Assembly: GCA_023247445.1 (NCBI GenBank)
Contig: JAHFGL010000003.1
Span: 78,128-142,127 of the forward strand
Origin: Candidatus Omnitrophota bacterium
GTDB lineage: Bacteria > Omnitrophota > Gorgyraeia > Zapsychrales > Zapsychraceae
DNA length: 64,000 nucleotides
Reading direction: 5' to 3'
Shown: piece after piece, positions 11,106 to 22,484 of the stretch
How the letters are laid out: each line of letters starts with the position of its first letter
Numbering within the stretch: the stretch's first letter is position 1
Notes under the pieces: model-generated
The model's database searches: none
Told to the model about the DNA's origin: nothing
Seen by the model: the letters and a program-made list of their open reading frames with translations, nothing else
Translations under genes and position numbers: made by a program

Positions 11106-11777
11106 ATGATCCTTGAAGCGACTAATATTCATAAATTTTATGTTCAGTCTGGCCAAACTTTAGAAATATTAAAGGGAATTGACTTAAAAGTTGGTGATGG
11201 AGAATTTGTGGCCATCGTTGGGCCATCGGGAGCTGGAAAGTCAACACTGTTACATATTTTGGGCGGATTGGATAAGCCCAGCGAAGGACAGGTTCTTTTT
11301 CAAGGGCAAGATGTTTATCGACTTAAAGATAAAGAACGGGCAAAGGTTCGTAACATTAGTATAGGATTTGTGTTTCAGTTTTATCATTTACTTGCAGAGT
11401 TTACCGCCCTGGAAAATGTTTTACTGCCCGCGCTTATTAAAGAAGATCGCAAGAATAGCAAACATTTTGAGGGTAAAGGAACGGCGCTGTTAGATCAAGT
11501 CGGATTAAAGAGTCGAGCGACGCATAAACCCAATCAATTGTCAGGTGGGGAGCAGCAACGAGTGGCTATCGCCAGAGCCTTAATTAATGATCCCAAAATT
11601 ATTTTTTGCGATGAGCCGACGGGTAATCTTGATTCCGCAACGGGTAAAGAGATCATTAGTTTATTGCAGCAACTGAATCAAAAAAATAAACAAGCCTTGG
11701 TAATTGTAACCCATGATGAGAATATTGCGAAGTTAGCACAGCGTAAAGTTTATATTAAAGATGGGAAGTTAGTCTAA
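11106..11777 (+). CDS. lolD: Lipoprotein-releasing ABC transporter ATPase
   Basis: [25 protein letters not shown]. Start moved to ATG 11106 because ATG 11091 lies inside the palindromic repeat. Confidence 0.9.
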   Translation: MILEATNIHKFYVQSGQTLEILKGIDLKVGDGEFVAIVGPSGAGKSTLLHILGGLDKPSEGQVLFQGQDVYRLKDKERAKVRNISIGFVFQFYHLLAEFTALENVLLPALIKEDRKNSKHFEGKGTALLDQVGLKSRATHKPNQLSGGEQQRVAIARALINDPKIIFCDEPTGNLDSATGKEIISLLQQLNQKNKQALVIVTHDENIAKLAQRKVYIKDGKLV

Positions 11778-11794
11778 TTGTAAAAAGAGAGGCG

Positions 11795-12661
11795 ATGATG
11801 AAAATTTATCTCAATGGAAAATTTGTGGAGAAAAAAGACGCAAAGGTATCCGTGTTTGATCACGGTTTTCTTTATGGCGACGGCGCTTTCGAAGGAATCC
11901 GTGCGTATAATCGATTAGTTTTTAAATTAGAGGAGCACGTGGAACGACTTTATGAAACCAGTCATACGCTAATGATTGATCTTAAGATGACCAGAAAAGA
12001 AATGATGAAGGCCATCGTCGATACGCTTAAGGCCAATAATCTAACCGATGCGTATATCCGTGTTGTGGTTAGCCGTGGCGAGGGCGATCTTGGTTTAGAT
12101 CCACGCAAGTGTTTTGGAAATCCAAATGTGATAATTATTGCAGATAAAATTACGCTTTATCCAAAGGAATTATATAATAGGGGCATGGAAATTATCACCG
12201 TGCCTACGGTGCGCAATAATCCTGAAGCGATTAATCCACAGCTAAAAAGTCTTAACTATCTTAATAATATTTTAGCCAAGATCGAGGCGAATAATTCTGG
12301 ATTTAGCGAAGCGATTATGCTCGATCATCAAGGTTATGTGGCGGAGTGCACGGGGGATAACATTTTTATTATCAAAAATAAGGTGTTATCAACACCCAGT
12401 CAGGGAAGGTTAAAAGGTATCACCCGTGAGACCGTTTTAGAATTAGCTAAGAAAAATAAAATTGAAACAAAAGAATGCCTGATGACACGTCATGAGGTTT
12501 ATATTTCTGATGAATGTTTTTTAACGGGAACGGCGGCTGAGATTATTCCGGTCGTGAAGGTTGATGGTCGTATTATCGGCAGCGGTAAGCCAGGGCCAAT
12601 GACAACTAAGTTAATTGAGATGTTTCATAAAGTCACAAGGACAGATGGAACTAAGTATTAA
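11795..12661 (+). CDS. ilvE: Branched-chain amino acid aminotransferase
   Basis: FDHGFLYGDGAFEG, KSLNYLNN, GITR, TGTAAEI motifs (PLP fold type IV). Confidence 0.93.
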   Translation: MMKIYLNGKFVEKKDAKVSVFDHGFLYGDGAFEGIRAYNRLVFKLEEHVERLYETSHTLMIDLKMTRKEMMKAIVDTLKANNLTDAYIRVVVSRGEGDLGLDPRKCFGNPNVIIIADKITLYPKELYNRGMEIITVPTVRNNPEAINPQLKSLNYLNNILAKIEANNSGFSEAIMLDHQGYVAECTGDNIFIIKNKVLSTPSQGRLKGITRETVLELAKKNKIETKECLMTRHEVYISDECFLTGTAAEIIPVVKVDGRIIGSGKPGPMTTKLIEMFHKVTRTDGTKY

Positions 12662-12682
12662 TTTTTAAGTAAAGGTAAAATA

Positions 12683-13183
12683 ATGCAGTGTGATATTTGC
12701 GCTAAGAAAAAAGCAACCGTCCATTTGACAGAGATTGTTGATGAACAAATGTCTGAGATGCATCTGTGTGAGGAATGTGCTCGTCAGAAAAGTTCACAAA
12801 TGGAACAGCAGTTTGGACTGGCGGATTTATTGGCGGGTTTGGGAGACTTTGGTAAACAACTCAAAGATGCCGAGAAAGTCAATATTCAGTGTTCTAACTG
12901 CGCCATGAGCTATGACGATTTTAGGAAATTTGGCCGTTTGGGTTGCAATAAGTGTTATGATTCTTTTAAAACACATTTATCAACGTTGCTGAAAAAAATT
13001 CATGGATCAAATCAGCATTTTGGTAAATCACCGGTGAGAATTCCACAAGAGGAACGAAGAAAGATTGAAAGTCTGCAAGATTTAAAGAATCATTTGATGC
13101 AGGCCATTCAAATGGAAGATTTTGAAAAGGCCGCACAGCTACGTGATAAGATTCGTGAAATCGAAGAAAAAGGTAGTGTTTAA
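12683..13183 (+). CDS. mcsA: Protein-arginine kinase activator McsA
   Basis: Four CxxC pairs plus C-terminal UVR domain (EDFEKAAQLRD); upstream of mcsB-clpC. Confidence 0.92.
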   Translation: MQCDICAKKKATVHLTEIVDEQMSEMHLCEECARQKSSQMEQQFGLADLLAGLGDFGKQLKDAEKVNIQCSNCAMSYDDFRKFGRLGCNKCYDSFKTHLSTLLKKIHGSNQHFGKSPVRIPQEERRKIESLQDLKNHLMQAIQMEDFEKAAQLRDKIREIEEKGSV

Positions 13184-13185
13184 TT

Positions 13186-14238
13186 ATGAAATTAGACGAT
13201 TTTATTCATAACACTGGGCAATGGTTAAAAGGAGCGGGAGAACATGCAAACATTGTTATGTCTTCTCGGGTAAGGCTCGCGCGTAACTTATCACTCAAAC
13301 CATTTCCTAACAAAGCCAGAAAAAAAGATTTAATGGAAGTTTTTTCTGCTGTTGAGGCGGCTATGCAACAAATCGAATTCTTTAAGAAGGTCGTTTTTCT
13401 TAGGATTTGGGAGTTGGATAGTATTGATAAACAATTTTTGATTGAACGCCATTTAATGAGCCATGAGCATGCCACAAGTCCGGAGGGAAAGGCTTTAGTT
13501 GTTTCGGATGAAGAAGTTCTTTCCGTTATGATTAATGAAGAGGATCATCTGCGTATTCAAGTGATGCAGTCGGGACTTAATTTGGATGCGAGCTGGAAGA
13601 TGGCTAATTCCATTGATGATGCGTTATCAGAAAAATTAGATTTTGCTTATTCGATTAATTGGGGATATTTGACAGCATGTCCGACGAATACTGGAACAGC
13701 TTTACGTGGATCGGTAATGTTGCATCTGCCAGCCTTGGTTATGACCAAACAAATTGGTAAAGTTTTAACGGCCGTATCGAAACTTAGTTTTGCCTCCCGC
13801 GGCTTTTATGGAGAAGGAACGCAGGCCAGCGGAAATTTTTATCAAATATCTAATCAAGTATCGATGGGCCATTCTGAAACAGATGTCATTCAAAATATTA
13901 ATGGCCTTATTCGTCAGGTTATCGAGCAGGAAGAACAAGCCCGGCAAGCACTCCTCGTGCAGAATCGTCCTATGCTCGAAGATAAAATTTATCGGTCACT
14001 GGGAATTTTAAAAACATCGCGAATTATTTCTAGTCAAGAAACTGTTGAGCTGTTGTCTATGGTTCGCTTAGGAATTGATCTTGATATTGCGAAAGATGTT
14101 AGTCGTAAAGCGATCAATGAACTTTTTATTATGATTCAACCGGCCCATTTGCAAAAAATTGAAGGCAAGAAGTTGACATCGACGGAAAGAGATGCCAAAA
14201 GAGCTAGTCTTATTCGACAAAAATTAGGAGGGTTCTAA
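13186..14238 (+). CDS. mcsB: Protein arginine kinase McsB
   Basis: [37 protein letters not shown] motifs. Confidence 0.94.
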   Translation: MKLDDFIHNTGQWLKGAGEHANIVMSSRVRLARNLSLKPFPNKARKKDLMEVFSAVEAAMQQIEFFKKVVFLRIWELDSIDKQFLIERHLMSHEHATSPEGKALVVSDEEVLSVMINEEDHLRIQVMQSGLNLDASWKMANSIDDALSEKLDFAYSINWGYLTACPTNTGTALRGSVMLHLPALVMTKQIGKVLTAVSKLSFASRGFYGEGTQASGNFYQISNQVSMGHSETDVIQNINGLIRQVIEQEEQARQALLVQNRPMLEDKIYRSLGILKTSRIISSQETVELLSMVRLGIDLDIAKDVSRKAINELFIMIQPAHLQKIEGKKLTSTERDAKRASLIRQKLGGF

Positions 14239-14239
14239 G

Positions 14240-16657
14240 ATGTTCAATCGATTTACAGAACGAGCCAGAAAAGTTATTGTTTATGCTAAAGAAGAAGCAC
14301 GACGATTTAATCATGATTACATTGGCACCGAGCATCTTTTGTTGGGTTTGGTCCGTGAAGGAGAAGGTGTCGCGGCCGCTGTCTTACAAAAACTCGGATT
14401 AGATTTGGAAACAATTCGTATTGAAGTTGAGAAGTTGGTTCAACCGGGACCGCAGACGCAAGTGTTGGGAGATATTCCTTTTACACCGCGATCTAAAAAA
14501 GCACTAGAACTCTCGGCGGAAGAGGCGAGAGCTCTTGGCCACAACTACATCGGCACCGAGCATCTTCTTTTAGGATTAGTTAAAGAAGGTGAAGGGATGG
14601 CGTATCGCGTGTTATTAAACTTGGGACTTGATTTAGGTAAACTGCGTAACGAAGTTATGGAACTCTTAGGTTCGGGAATTCCTGGATATAATGCGCAGGA
14701 GCCAACCAAATCTGATAAAACGCCAGCCATCGATGCCTATGGACGCAATTTAAATAAATTAGCCAAGGACGGCAAACTTGATCCAGTCATCGGGCGCGAG
14801 GAAGAGATTCAACGCATCGTTCAGATTTTAAGTCGTCGAACAAAGAATAATCCAGTTCTTCTAGGTGAGGCTGGTGTTGGAAAAACAGCGATCGTTGAAG
14901 GATTGGCACAACTGATTGTCAAAGGTGATGTGCCTGAAGTCTTGCGCGACAAAACCATTGTCGTTTTGGATTTGGCGCTTATGATCGCCGGAACAAAATA
15001 TCGCGGACAATTTGAAGAACGTATTAAAGCCATCATGGATGAGATTAGACGTTCTGGAAAAGTTATTCTTTTTATCGATGAGTTGCATACATTAGTCGGA
15101 GCTGGTGCCGCGGAAGGGGCGATTGACGCCGCCAATATTTTAAAGCCAGCCTTGGCTCGAGGAGAGATTCAGTGTATTGGGGCAACCACACTTGATGAAT
15201 ATCGTAAGCATATTGAAAAAGATGCGGCGCTCGAACGTCGATTTCAAACCATTATGATTGAGCCGCCATCGGTTGAAGAGGCGATTCAAATTTTAAAAGG
15301 TCTTCGTGATAAATATGAAGCGCATCATCGTGTTAAATTTTCTGATGAGGCGCTCGATGCCGCGGTCAAATTATCGGATCGGTATATTTCTGGACGAGCT
15401 TTGCCGGATAAGGCTGTTGATATCTTAGATGAGGCTGGCGCTCGGGCTCGTCTTCAAGCGATGGTCATGCCGCCAGAAGTTAAAGGTTTAGAAGTTGAGA
15501 TTGAACAGCTAAAGAAAGAAAAAGAAAGCTATATCAAAAGTCAGGATTTTGAAAAAGCAGCCAAGATGCGTGATTTAGAACGTGATGCGCGCGATAAGTT
15601 AGAAGCGATCCGAAGCGCGTGGACTCAGGAACGTGATAAGGCGACGCTCGTCTTAGGTTATGAAGAGATTGCTAAAGTTGTTTCGCAGTGGACAAAGATT
15701 CCACTCGTTCGTTTGGAGCAAAAAGAGACAGATAAGTTAATGAAGATGGAAGATCATTTAAAGAAAATGGTCGTTGGCCAAGATGAGGCCATCAGCGCTA
15801 TTTCTCGCGCTGTGCGTCGATCACGTGCGGGGATTAAGAATCCTAAACGGCCCATTGGTTCTTTTATATTTTTAGGACCCACGGGCGTTGGAAAAACGCT
15901 TTTAGCTCAGGTGCTCGCTGAATTTATGTTTGGCGACCGTGAAGCGCTCATTCAAATTGATATGTCGGAATATATGGATAAATTTAATGTCTCGCGACTA
16001 ATTGGTGCGCCACCAGGTTATGTCGGGTATGAAGAGGGCGGACAATTGACCGAGAAAGTTCGACGTAAACCTTACTCAGTTATTTTACTTGATGAAATCG
16101 AAAAGGCTCACATGGATGTGTTTAATTTACTTCTTCAAGTTTTTGAAGAGGGGAGATTAACGGATAGCTTGGGGCGCAAAATTGATTTTCGTAATACCAT
16201 CATCTTGATGACATCTAACGTCGGTGCCGAGATGATCCGTAAACAAGGATCATTGGGTTTTGTTGCTCCTAAGGAAGATGTAACACATGATGAAATGAAA
16301 GTTCGTCTCCTTGATGAAGTAAAGAGAACGTTTAAACCGGAGTTTCTAAACCGTGTAGATGACATCATTGTCTTTAGATCTTTAACTAAAGAAAATTTAA
16401 GAAATATTGTCCAGCTTGAAATCAGCTCTGTGGCTAATCGCTTAAAAGAAAAAGGGATTGAGGTTGAACTTTCCCCATCAGCGCTGGATTTGCTCATCGA
16501 GAAAGGTTTTGATCCTGTCTATGGGGCGCGACCATTAAAGAGGACAATTCAAAGACTGCTCGAAGATCCTTTGGCCGAAGATATTATTTCTGGGCAATTT
16601 AAGGAAGGTATAAAAATTAACGTCGATCGAAAAGACGAAGTCTTGGCCTTTTCTTAA
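14240..16657 (+). CDS. clpC: ATP-dependent Clp protease ATP-binding subunit ClpC
   Basis: Clp-N repeats ([10 protein letters not shown] twice), two AAA modules ([16 protein letters not shown]), short UVR middle domain. Confidence 0.96.
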   Translation: MFNRFTERARKVIVYAKEEARRFNHDYIGTEHLLLGLVREGEGVAAAVLQKLGLDLETIRIEVEKLVQPGPQTQVLGDIPFTPRSKKALELSAEEARALGHNYIGTEHLLLGLVKEGEGMAYRVLLNLGLDLGKLRNEVMELLGSGIPGYNAQEPTKSDKTPAIDAYGRNLNKLAKDGKLDPVIGREEEIQRIVQILSRRTKNNPVLLGEAGVGKTAIVEGLAQLIVKGDVPEVLRDKTIVVLDLALMIAGTKYRGQFEERIKAIMDEIRRSGKVILFIDELHTLVGAGAAEGAIDAANILKPALARGEIQCIGATTLDEYRKHIEKDAALERRFQTIMIEPPSVEEAIQILKGLRDKYEAHHRVKFSDEALDAAVKLSDRYISGRALPDKAVDILDEAGARARLQAMVMPPEVKGLEVEIEQLKKEKESYIKSQDFEKAAKMRDLERDARDKLEAIRSAWTQERDKATLVLGYEEIAKVVSQWTKIPLVRLEQKETDKLMKMEDHLKKMVVGQDEAISAISRAVRRSRAGIKNPKRPIGSFIFLGPTGVGKTLLAQVLAEFMFGDREALIQIDMSEYMDKFNVSRLIGAPPGYVGYEEGGQLTEKVRRKPYSVILLDEIEKAHMDVFNLLLQVFEEGRLTDSLGRKIDFRNTIILMTSNVGAEMIRKQGSLGFVAPKEDVTHDEMKVRLLDEVKRTFKPEFLNRVDDIIVFRSLTKENLRNIVQLEISSVANRLKEKGIEVELSPSALDLLIEKGFDPVYGARPLKRTIQRLLEDPLAEDIISGQFKEGIKINVDRKDEVLAFS

Positions 16658-16666
16658 AAAGCAATC

Positions 16667-17641
16667 ATGAAAAGTAGATTTCTTCTACTCTGTGCGCTTG
16701 TCATTTTGCTTTGGCCTAAATTATGTTTAGCCAAAAGCACTTTCCCTTTTCACGGACAGCTTGATCTTGCCAACCGTAAGCTAGATTTAACCGTCCAGGT
16801 TAATGACCAAACCGTTTTTATAACAAACATCAATAAATTATCCGATAATGATTATCATCTTCGTTTAAAATTCGAACATCTTAAGGCGCTAGCCTTTGAT
16901 TTGTCGAGCGAGATGGAAGGATCTCTTCGTTTTCATCAAATTGAAGACGGGATAAGCCAATTTATTTCTGGAAAAATATGGAGTCAATACACCCTTGTTG
17001 ACCGAAAACCCATACGAGAACTTCTAGGACAGTTTGAGCTTCGGCAGAAGAAGTTAATCATTCCCTCGATATCATTCGGAGATATTAAATGTAGTGGTTC
17101 GGTTGATTTTAATTCTCCCTACAAAATAGATTTGGTTTTTGATCTTACGGCTATTGAGATGGAAGATTTTTTGGCTTTTTGGTCCAATAGTAGAGAATTT
17201 AGTGCCGCAGGAACTGTTGCTGGAAAAATCAAAGTTTCAGGAGCACTTGATCATTTACTTCTTAAGGGCAATTTGGCGAGCTTTAATGGTTTTGTCGACA
17301 AGTTGCAGTACGACAGTTTTTTCTTAAATATGGAAGGCATTTATCCGCATCTACAAATTGCTTCCTCCACAGTTTCTCAGTCGGATGGCCCCAGTTATAC
17401 TTTAGATGGCCCGTTTAATCTTAGCGATCAACAAAGTTTTAAAAAACAAATTGAAAATTTGACGATAGCGCCCTTAATCAATGATTCTGGATCTCGAGTA
17501 GAATGGACCTTTAAGCGTCTAAAGGATGAAAGATCAGGAACAACAGAAATTAAATATCTTCTGCGTAAAGATAATGCCAGTGGAGATGCGTTTAGTAAAG
17601 AATCGGATATGTTAGGTGTTGAGCGAAGGATGGAGTTTTAA
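16667..17641 (+). CDS. Hypothetical exported protein (beta-rich, possibly AsmA-like)
   Basis: Signal peptide, beta-strand-like periodicity, upstream of mlaEFD. Family not recognised. Confidence 0.6.
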   Translation: MKSRFLLLCALVILLWPKLCLAKSTFPFHGQLDLANRKLDLTVQVNDQTVFITNINKLSDNDYHLRLKFEHLKALAFDLSSEMEGSLRFHQIEDGISQFISGKIWSQYTLVDRKPIRELLGQFELRQKKLIIPSISFGDIKCSGSVDFNSPYKIDLVFDLTAIEMEDFLAFWSNSREFSAAGTVAGKIKVSGALDHLLLKGNLASFNGFVDKLQYDSFFLNMEGIYPHLQIASSTVSQSDGPSYTLDGPFNLSDQQSFKKQIENLTIAPLINDSGSRVEWTFKRLKDERSGTTEIKYLLRKDNASGDAFSKESDMLGVERRMEF

Positions 17642-17644
17642 ATT

Positions 17645-18433
17645 ATGTTGGCCAATGTTAGTTATAAACTCGGAAATTTACTTTTTGGATTAATCAATTA
17701 TGTTGGTAAGTTGACGCTTTTATTAAGCCAGACGATAGGACTCATTTTTGTCCGCCCAATTAAAAGAGAGCGCATTTTAATTCAAGCTAAACGTGTTGGC
17801 CCGGGGAGTTTTTTTATTTCTGGATTAGTTGCGCTTTTTATTGGGATGATCATGGCTCTTCAGATGGCTTCTCAAATGATTAGGTTAGGGGCAGAGATTT
17901 ATATTCCGAGTGTTGTCGGTGTTTCTATGACTCGAGAATTAGCGCCTGTCTTAACCGCGCTTATTGTAGCTGGACGTGTAGGGGCGGGTATTGCTGCTGA
18001 AATTGGATCGATGGCCGTGACTGAACAAGTGGATGCCTTGCGCGCATTTGCTGTTAATCCCGTTAAATTCTTAGTTGTTCCTCGATTTTTGGCCTTAGTA
18101 ATTATGGTGCCATGTCTAACGATTTTTGCTGATTTGGTTGGGATTTTTGGTGGATTTATTATCTGTGTTTTTAAATTAGGCATGCATGCGTCGATGTATT
18201 TAAATATGATTGCGCAGGCTGTGGATATCCCAGATATTTTAACGGGACTTTTAAAAGCTGTTGTCTTTGCGGGGATTATTGCTTTGGTCGGTTGCCATGA
18301 AGGGCTTCATGTTAAAGGAGGCGCGGAAGGTGTTGGACGAGCCACAACGTTTTCGGTGGTTATTTCATTTATCCTTATCATCATGGCGGATTGTTTGTTT
18401 ACGACACTGTTTTATTTTATTTTTAAATTATGA
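17645..18433 (+). CDS. mlaE: MlaE-family ABC permease
   Basis: RELAPVLTALIVAGRVGA, EQVDAL, GGAEGVG motifs. Confidence 0.92.
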   Translation: MLANVSYKLGNLLFGLINYVGKLTLLLSQTIGLIFVRPIKRERILIQAKRVGPGSFFISGLVALFIGMIMALQMASQMIRLGAEIYIPSVVGVSMTRELAPVLTALIVAGRVGAGIAAEIGSMAVTEQVDALRAFAVNPVKFLVVPRFLALVIMVPCLTIFADLVGIFGGFIICVFKLGMHASMYLNMIAQAVDIPDILTGLLKAVVFAGIIALVGCHEGLHVKGGAEGVGRATTFSVVISFILIIMADCLFTTLFYFIFKL

Positions 18434-19203
18434 TTCACATTTCTCATCTATATAAATCTTTTGCTAGAGATTCTGTTCTTACCGATTTTAATTTAACCGT
18501 TAAGGCCGGTGAGACGAAGGTTATCATTGGCCGTTCCGGGGCGGGAAAAAGTGTGCTGCTCAAATGTATTATGGGATTAGTTCGACCGGATTCAGGATCA
18601 ATTAAGATTAATGGGGTTGAAGTCACGGATATTGCAGAGAAAGAATACAATAAAATCCGTATGGATATTGGTTTGCTTTTTCAAGGCGGAGCGCTTTTTG
18701 ATTCGATGAGTGTGGCGGACAATGTGGCTTTTGTTCTTAACGAATTTAAGAATCTGGACAAAAAAACAGTTCAAAAGAAAGTTGAAGAAGCCTTGGCTTT
18801 AGTCGGGTTGCAGGGGGTTGAGGATTTAAATCCGTCACAATTAAGCGGGGGGATGAAAAAGCGTGTTAGTTTAGCACGCATCCTTTGCATGGAGCCGCAA
18901 ATGATTTTTTATGATGAACCCACCAGTGAAGTCGACCCCATCATGGCGGATGCGATTAATAATTTAATCATCGATTTGCGCAATAAACTCAAAGTGACGT
19001 CGATTGTGGTGACTCATGATATGAACTCAGCTTTTAAGGTCGCTGACTCGATTGCAATGGTTTATCATGGCCAGGTGATTGCCGAAGGCACACCTGATGA
19101 GATTCGGCACACCAAACACCCGGTTGTAAAACAATTTATTTACGGGGAGGCGCATGGCCCCATTACTGATGATGAAAATCTAATTTTTGGGCATGTGAAA
19201 TAA
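18430..19203 (+). CDS. mlaF: MlaF-family ABC ATPase
   Basis: GRSGAGKS, FQGGALFDS, LSGGMKKR motifs. Confidence 0.9.
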   Translation: MIHISHLYKSFARDSVLTDFNLTVKAGETKVIIGRSGAGKSVLLKCIMGLVRPDSGSIKINGVEVTDIAEKEYNKIRMDIGLLFQGGALFDSMSVADNVAFVLNEFKNLDKKTVQKKVEEALALVGLQGVEDLNPSQLSGGMKKRVSLARILCMEPQMIFYDEPTSEVDPIMADAINNLIIDLRNKLKVTSIVVTHDMNSAFKVADSIAMVYHGQVIAEGTPDEIRHTKHPVVKQFIYGEAHGPITDDENLIFGHVK

Positions 19204-19217
19204 CAGAAAGGGACGAT

Positions 19218-19928
19218 ATGTCGAAGGAATCAAGGTTAGAATTTAAAGTCGGACTTTTTGTCTTGGCGGCAATGATTGGTTTAGCCTTTTTTATTTTCTC
19301 CGTGAATGATTCCTCCATTTTTGCCAAAGGTAAGAAATTAAAATTCATATTTCAATTTGCCGATGGCCTAAAGGAAAGTGCACCGGTGCGTATCGCTGGC
19401 GTCGATGAAGGGGTTGTCACGGATATTCATCTTTTCTTTGACCGACAAGATCGAAAAACAAAAGCGGAAGTCCAAGTTAAGATTCAGAAAGACACACAAA
19501 TTCCTTCGGATTCAGTTGTGCTGATTAATCAGTTGGGGTTGCTTGGCGAAAAATATATTGAGATTGTTCCCGGCGTTGAGACAAAAACATTTTTTGAAAA
19601 TGGACAGGTTATTGTTGGAAAGGATCCGATTTCGCAGAACGCTATTTCTGAGAAGATTATGGGAGCAGCGAACAAGTTTGATCAAACGATGAGCGGGTTA
19701 AGTAAAATTATGAGTGATGAGAAAAATATCGAATCGGTTAGCCAGACGCTTCAGGGGTTGGGCATGATTTCAAGTAACCTGGCACGTGTTTCCGAAAATA
19801 TTAAAGAAGGTAAAGGAACGATCGGTCGCCTTTTCTATGACGAACGTCTCTATGATGACCTGCAAGGCTTAGCTTCCGAGTTAAAAGCCAACCCTTGGAA
19901 ACTTCTCTATCGACCAAAAGATCGTTAA
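19218..19928 (+). CDS. mlaD: MlaD/MCE-domain protein
   Basis: N-terminal TM helix, GL...PVRIAGV, GLLGEKYIEI (MCE domain). Confidence 0.9.
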   Translation: MSKESRLEFKVGLFVLAAMIGLAFFIFSVNDSSIFAKGKKLKFIFQFADGLKESAPVRIAGVDEGVVTDIHLFFDRQDRKTKAEVQVKIQKDTQIPSDSVVLINQLGLLGEKYIEIVPGVETKTFFENGQVIVGKDPISQNAISEKIMGAANKFDQTMSGLSKIMSDEKNIESVSQTLQGLGMISSNLARVSENIKEGKGTIGRLFYDERLYDDLQGLASELKANPWKLLYRPKDR

Positions 19929-19952
19929 TTATTACCAAAGGAAATTATTCTA

Positions 19953-20889
19953 AGGTATTTACACTACAAAAGTCGCCATGTGGCGACTTTTGTAGTGTAA
20001 ATGAGCAAGGATCCTTCGTAAAATTATGTGTTTCAAGATTGTGAGAAAGGCTCTTTAATATGAATACAATTGAATTGGTAGTTTGGATATCTGTTATTGC
20101 AGCAATAGGTGTGACAATTCTTGTTTTTTATTTAAAAAAACTTGACCTAGATTTAAAGAGTAACATTGTAATAATTCTTGGGGTGGGTGCTTATTTTTAT
20201 TTTTTTCATGGATCTTTTGATTCACGCCATCTTTTAACATCTTTGATTAAATACCTTATTGTTTTTTTATTATGTATTTGGTTATTATATGACATGACAT
20301 GCAATGCTAATGGAGATAGAAAACTAAAGAAAATATTGAAGGTGATAAACTCTTCCAAAGATAAGAATATTATTAATGCGCTTAAAGAATTCTTTGTAAA
20401 AGATACGGAGATAGAGCTATTAAATTTTTATATCGAAGAAAAGGCAGACTGGTTGATCCAAGTTTCTAAAGGGAAGGACGTTGGGAATTTTGACTTTACC
20501 ACAACATTTCATTCAAGGGATTTGACCAAAGATCAAATAAATAGATTATCCCTATTGAGTTGGGAACCTTTTTGTGATGAAGAGTTAGAAGGATTTGAAT
20601 GCTCTTTAGAAATTTTTAAGGATGATTTGGCTAGCTTGACCAAAGCATCAGAATTGATTTATAAAACTTTTGAGATAGTCACATTTTCTTCAAATCAAAA
20701 GATTATGGTGAATTTTGGATAGAATTTCAAACGTGGCTTAAAAACAATATTTAGTTGATTTACAACCAGGTAAATTAGAAAACGTCACAAAATAGCAAAG
20801 AAATCTTGGGACATTAGAATTCGGGTTTCGCCATGTGTTGGAAATTTTTTATTGTAGTGTAAATACCTGATGAGCAAGGATTCTTCGTA
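19953..20889. mobile_element. MITE-like inverted/direct repeats bracketing one ORF
   Basis: Perfect 17-bp IR AGGTATTTACACTACAA (19953-19969) and TTGTAGTGTAAATACCT (20852-20868); palindrome 19957-20002; direct repeat ATGAGCAAGGATYCTTCGTA at 20001 and 20870. No transposase. Confidence 0.55.
20060..20722 (+). CDS. Hypothetical membrane protein
   Basis: 220-aa AT-rich ORF, three N-terminal hydrophobic segments and a soluble C-terminus. Confidence 0.7.
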   Translation: MNTIELVVWISVIAAIGVTILVFYLKKLDLDLKSNIVIILGVGAYFYFFHGSFDSRHLLTSLIKYLIVFLLCIWLLYDMTCNANGDRKLKKILKVINSSKDKNIINALKEFFVKDTEIELLNFYIEEKADWLIQVSKGKDVGNFDFTTTFHSRDLTKDQINRLSLLSWEPFCDEELEGFECSLEIFKDDLASLTKASELIYKTFEIVTFSSNQKIMVNFG

Positions 20890-20937
20890 GAATGGGTTAT
20901 AGGATGACAATGGCAAAAATTGCCATAGCCTTTAATC

Positions 20938-20996
20938 TGACTTTTCTGCAGTAATCTTAATTTTGGTCTTGACTTTTCTGCAGCCTAATACATACT
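20938..20996 (+). promoter_or_regulatory. Promoter with 14-bp direct repeat upstream of the ATPase gene
   Basis: TGACTTTTCTGCAG at 20938 and 20970; TTGACT (20969-20974) and CATACT (20991-20996); ATG 7 nt later with no SD (possibly leaderless). Confidence 0.5.
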
Positions 20997-21003
20997 TATA
21001 AAT

Positions 21004-22125
21004 ATGAAACGCCTCCTTGAAGCAAAAATTAAACTAGATTTAGACCAAAAAATTGTTCTTTTAAGTGGTCCCCGCCAAGTAGGAAAGACAACCCTTGCCA
21101 AGGCACTTTATCCAGACACAGCAGAATATTTTAATATGGACAATGAGGCGCATCGTCTTCTTATCAAAAAGCAGGCTTGGCGCCGTGATTGTGATTTGGT
21201 CATTTTTGATGAATTGCATAAAATCAAAAAATGGAAAAGTTGGATTAAGGGGATCTATGATACGGAAGGCGTTAGACCACGTCTTCTGGTCACTGGGTCT
21301 TCACGGCTAGATACCTTTCGCAAAGGTGGCGATTCGCTTGCCGGGCGATTTTATCATTTTCGGCTTCATCCTTTTTCTGTAGCCGAGATCAAAGGCAATG
21401 ATTCTTCAGATAATATCCTAGAAAAGATTATGAGGGTCGGTGGGTTTCCTGAACCATTTCTAAAAGATAGCGAAGAAGCCGCCAAGCGTTGGCGCCGTTC
21501 GCATATCGATCGTATTTTACATGAAGATATTTTTGATGTTTCATCGCTTCGGGATATCCGCGGCCTCGAAACGTTGGTGGAATTATTACGTAATTGCGTC
21601 GGGAGTACCGTATCCTTTGAATCATTGTCCCGAGACCTGCAAGTTTCTCCACACACGGTTAAGCAATGGGTTAGTATTCTAGAAAGCCTTTATATTCTTT
21701 TTGTCGTAACACCCTATTCACGTAATATCGCCAGAAGTCTTTTAAAACAACCAAAAATTTATTTCTACGATACAGGTTTTGTCAAAGAAGATGAGGGGGC
21801 AAGATTTGAGAATACGGTAGCGTGTTCTCTTTTGAAACGACTCCATTTTTTAGAAGATACTAAAGGTGAGAAATGCGCACTCCATTATTTACGCGACAAA
21901 GAAAAAAAAGAAGTGGATTTTTTAACGGTGCGTGACGGCCAGCCGGAATGGTTAATTGAAGCTAAAATTTCCGATCAAAATACGTCTACGCTTAATCATT
22001 TTGCTAGCTTTTTACCTAAGAAAACGGAGCCAATCCTTCTTGTGAAAAATCTTAATCGGGAACTTTTTTTAAATGGGGTCAAGGTCAAAAGAGCTGCTCA
22101 ATGGTTACAAAATCTGGAAGCCTAA
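21004..22125 (+). CDS. AAA+ ATPase, AAA_14/DUF4143 type
   Basis: GPRQVGKTT, FDELH, TGSS, GGFPE, PKIYFYDTG, and a C-terminal EVDF...IEAK PD-(D/E)xK-like motif. Confidence 0.88.
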   Translation: MKRLLEAKIKLDLDQKIVLLSGPRQVGKTTLAKALYPDTAEYFNMDNEAHRLLIKKQAWRRDCDLVIFDELHKIKKWKSWIKGIYDTEGVRPRLLVTGSSRLDTFRKGGDSLAGRFYHFRLHPFSVAEIKGNDSSDNILEKIMRVGGFPEPFLKDSEEAAKRWRRSHIDRILHEDIFDVSSLRDIRGLETLVELLRNCVGSTVSFESLSRDLQVSPHTVKQWVSILESLYILFVVTPYSRNIARSLLKQPKIYFYDTGFVKEDEGARFENTVACSLLKRLHFLEDTKGEKCALHYLRDKEKKEVDFLTVRDGQPEWLIEAKISDQNTSTLNHFASFLPKKTEPILLVKNLNRELFLNGVKVKRAAQWLQNLEA

Positions 22126-22205
22126 TTTTCAATTGCCACAACGCAGGGGCTGCTTGTGTCGAATATCTAAAAAAGTGTGTGTCTCTTTTAACGAGAAATC
22201 AAATA

Positions 22206-22484
22206 ATGCGTTCCAATATTCCAATTCAGCGAGATTATGCGTCTAAATGGTGGGTATCGTCTATTAACTATATATTTGTATTTATTTTCTTCGTTGTTTC
22301 TGCCCTTTTACATTTTTCTGAGGGATTTTTGGTAGCTTTTTTTTTATTCTTTATTTTTGCTATGGAAAATATAGTTATTATTGCAATTCAGATTTTTCAA
22401 AGAAAGTTTCTATATGCAATTTTGAACACAATGCTCTTCATTCTTATTGCAGGAACTCTACTAAGAATTATGATGGAACAATAA
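22206..22484 (+). CDS. Small hypothetical membrane protein
   Basis: Three hydrophobic segments; ATG 22206 preferred over the overlapping start at 22101. Confidence 0.5.
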   Translation: MRSNIPIQRDYASKWWVSSINYIFVFIFFVVSALLHFSEGFLVAFFLFFIFAMENIVIIAIQIFQRKFLYAILNTMLFILIAGTLLRIMMEQ

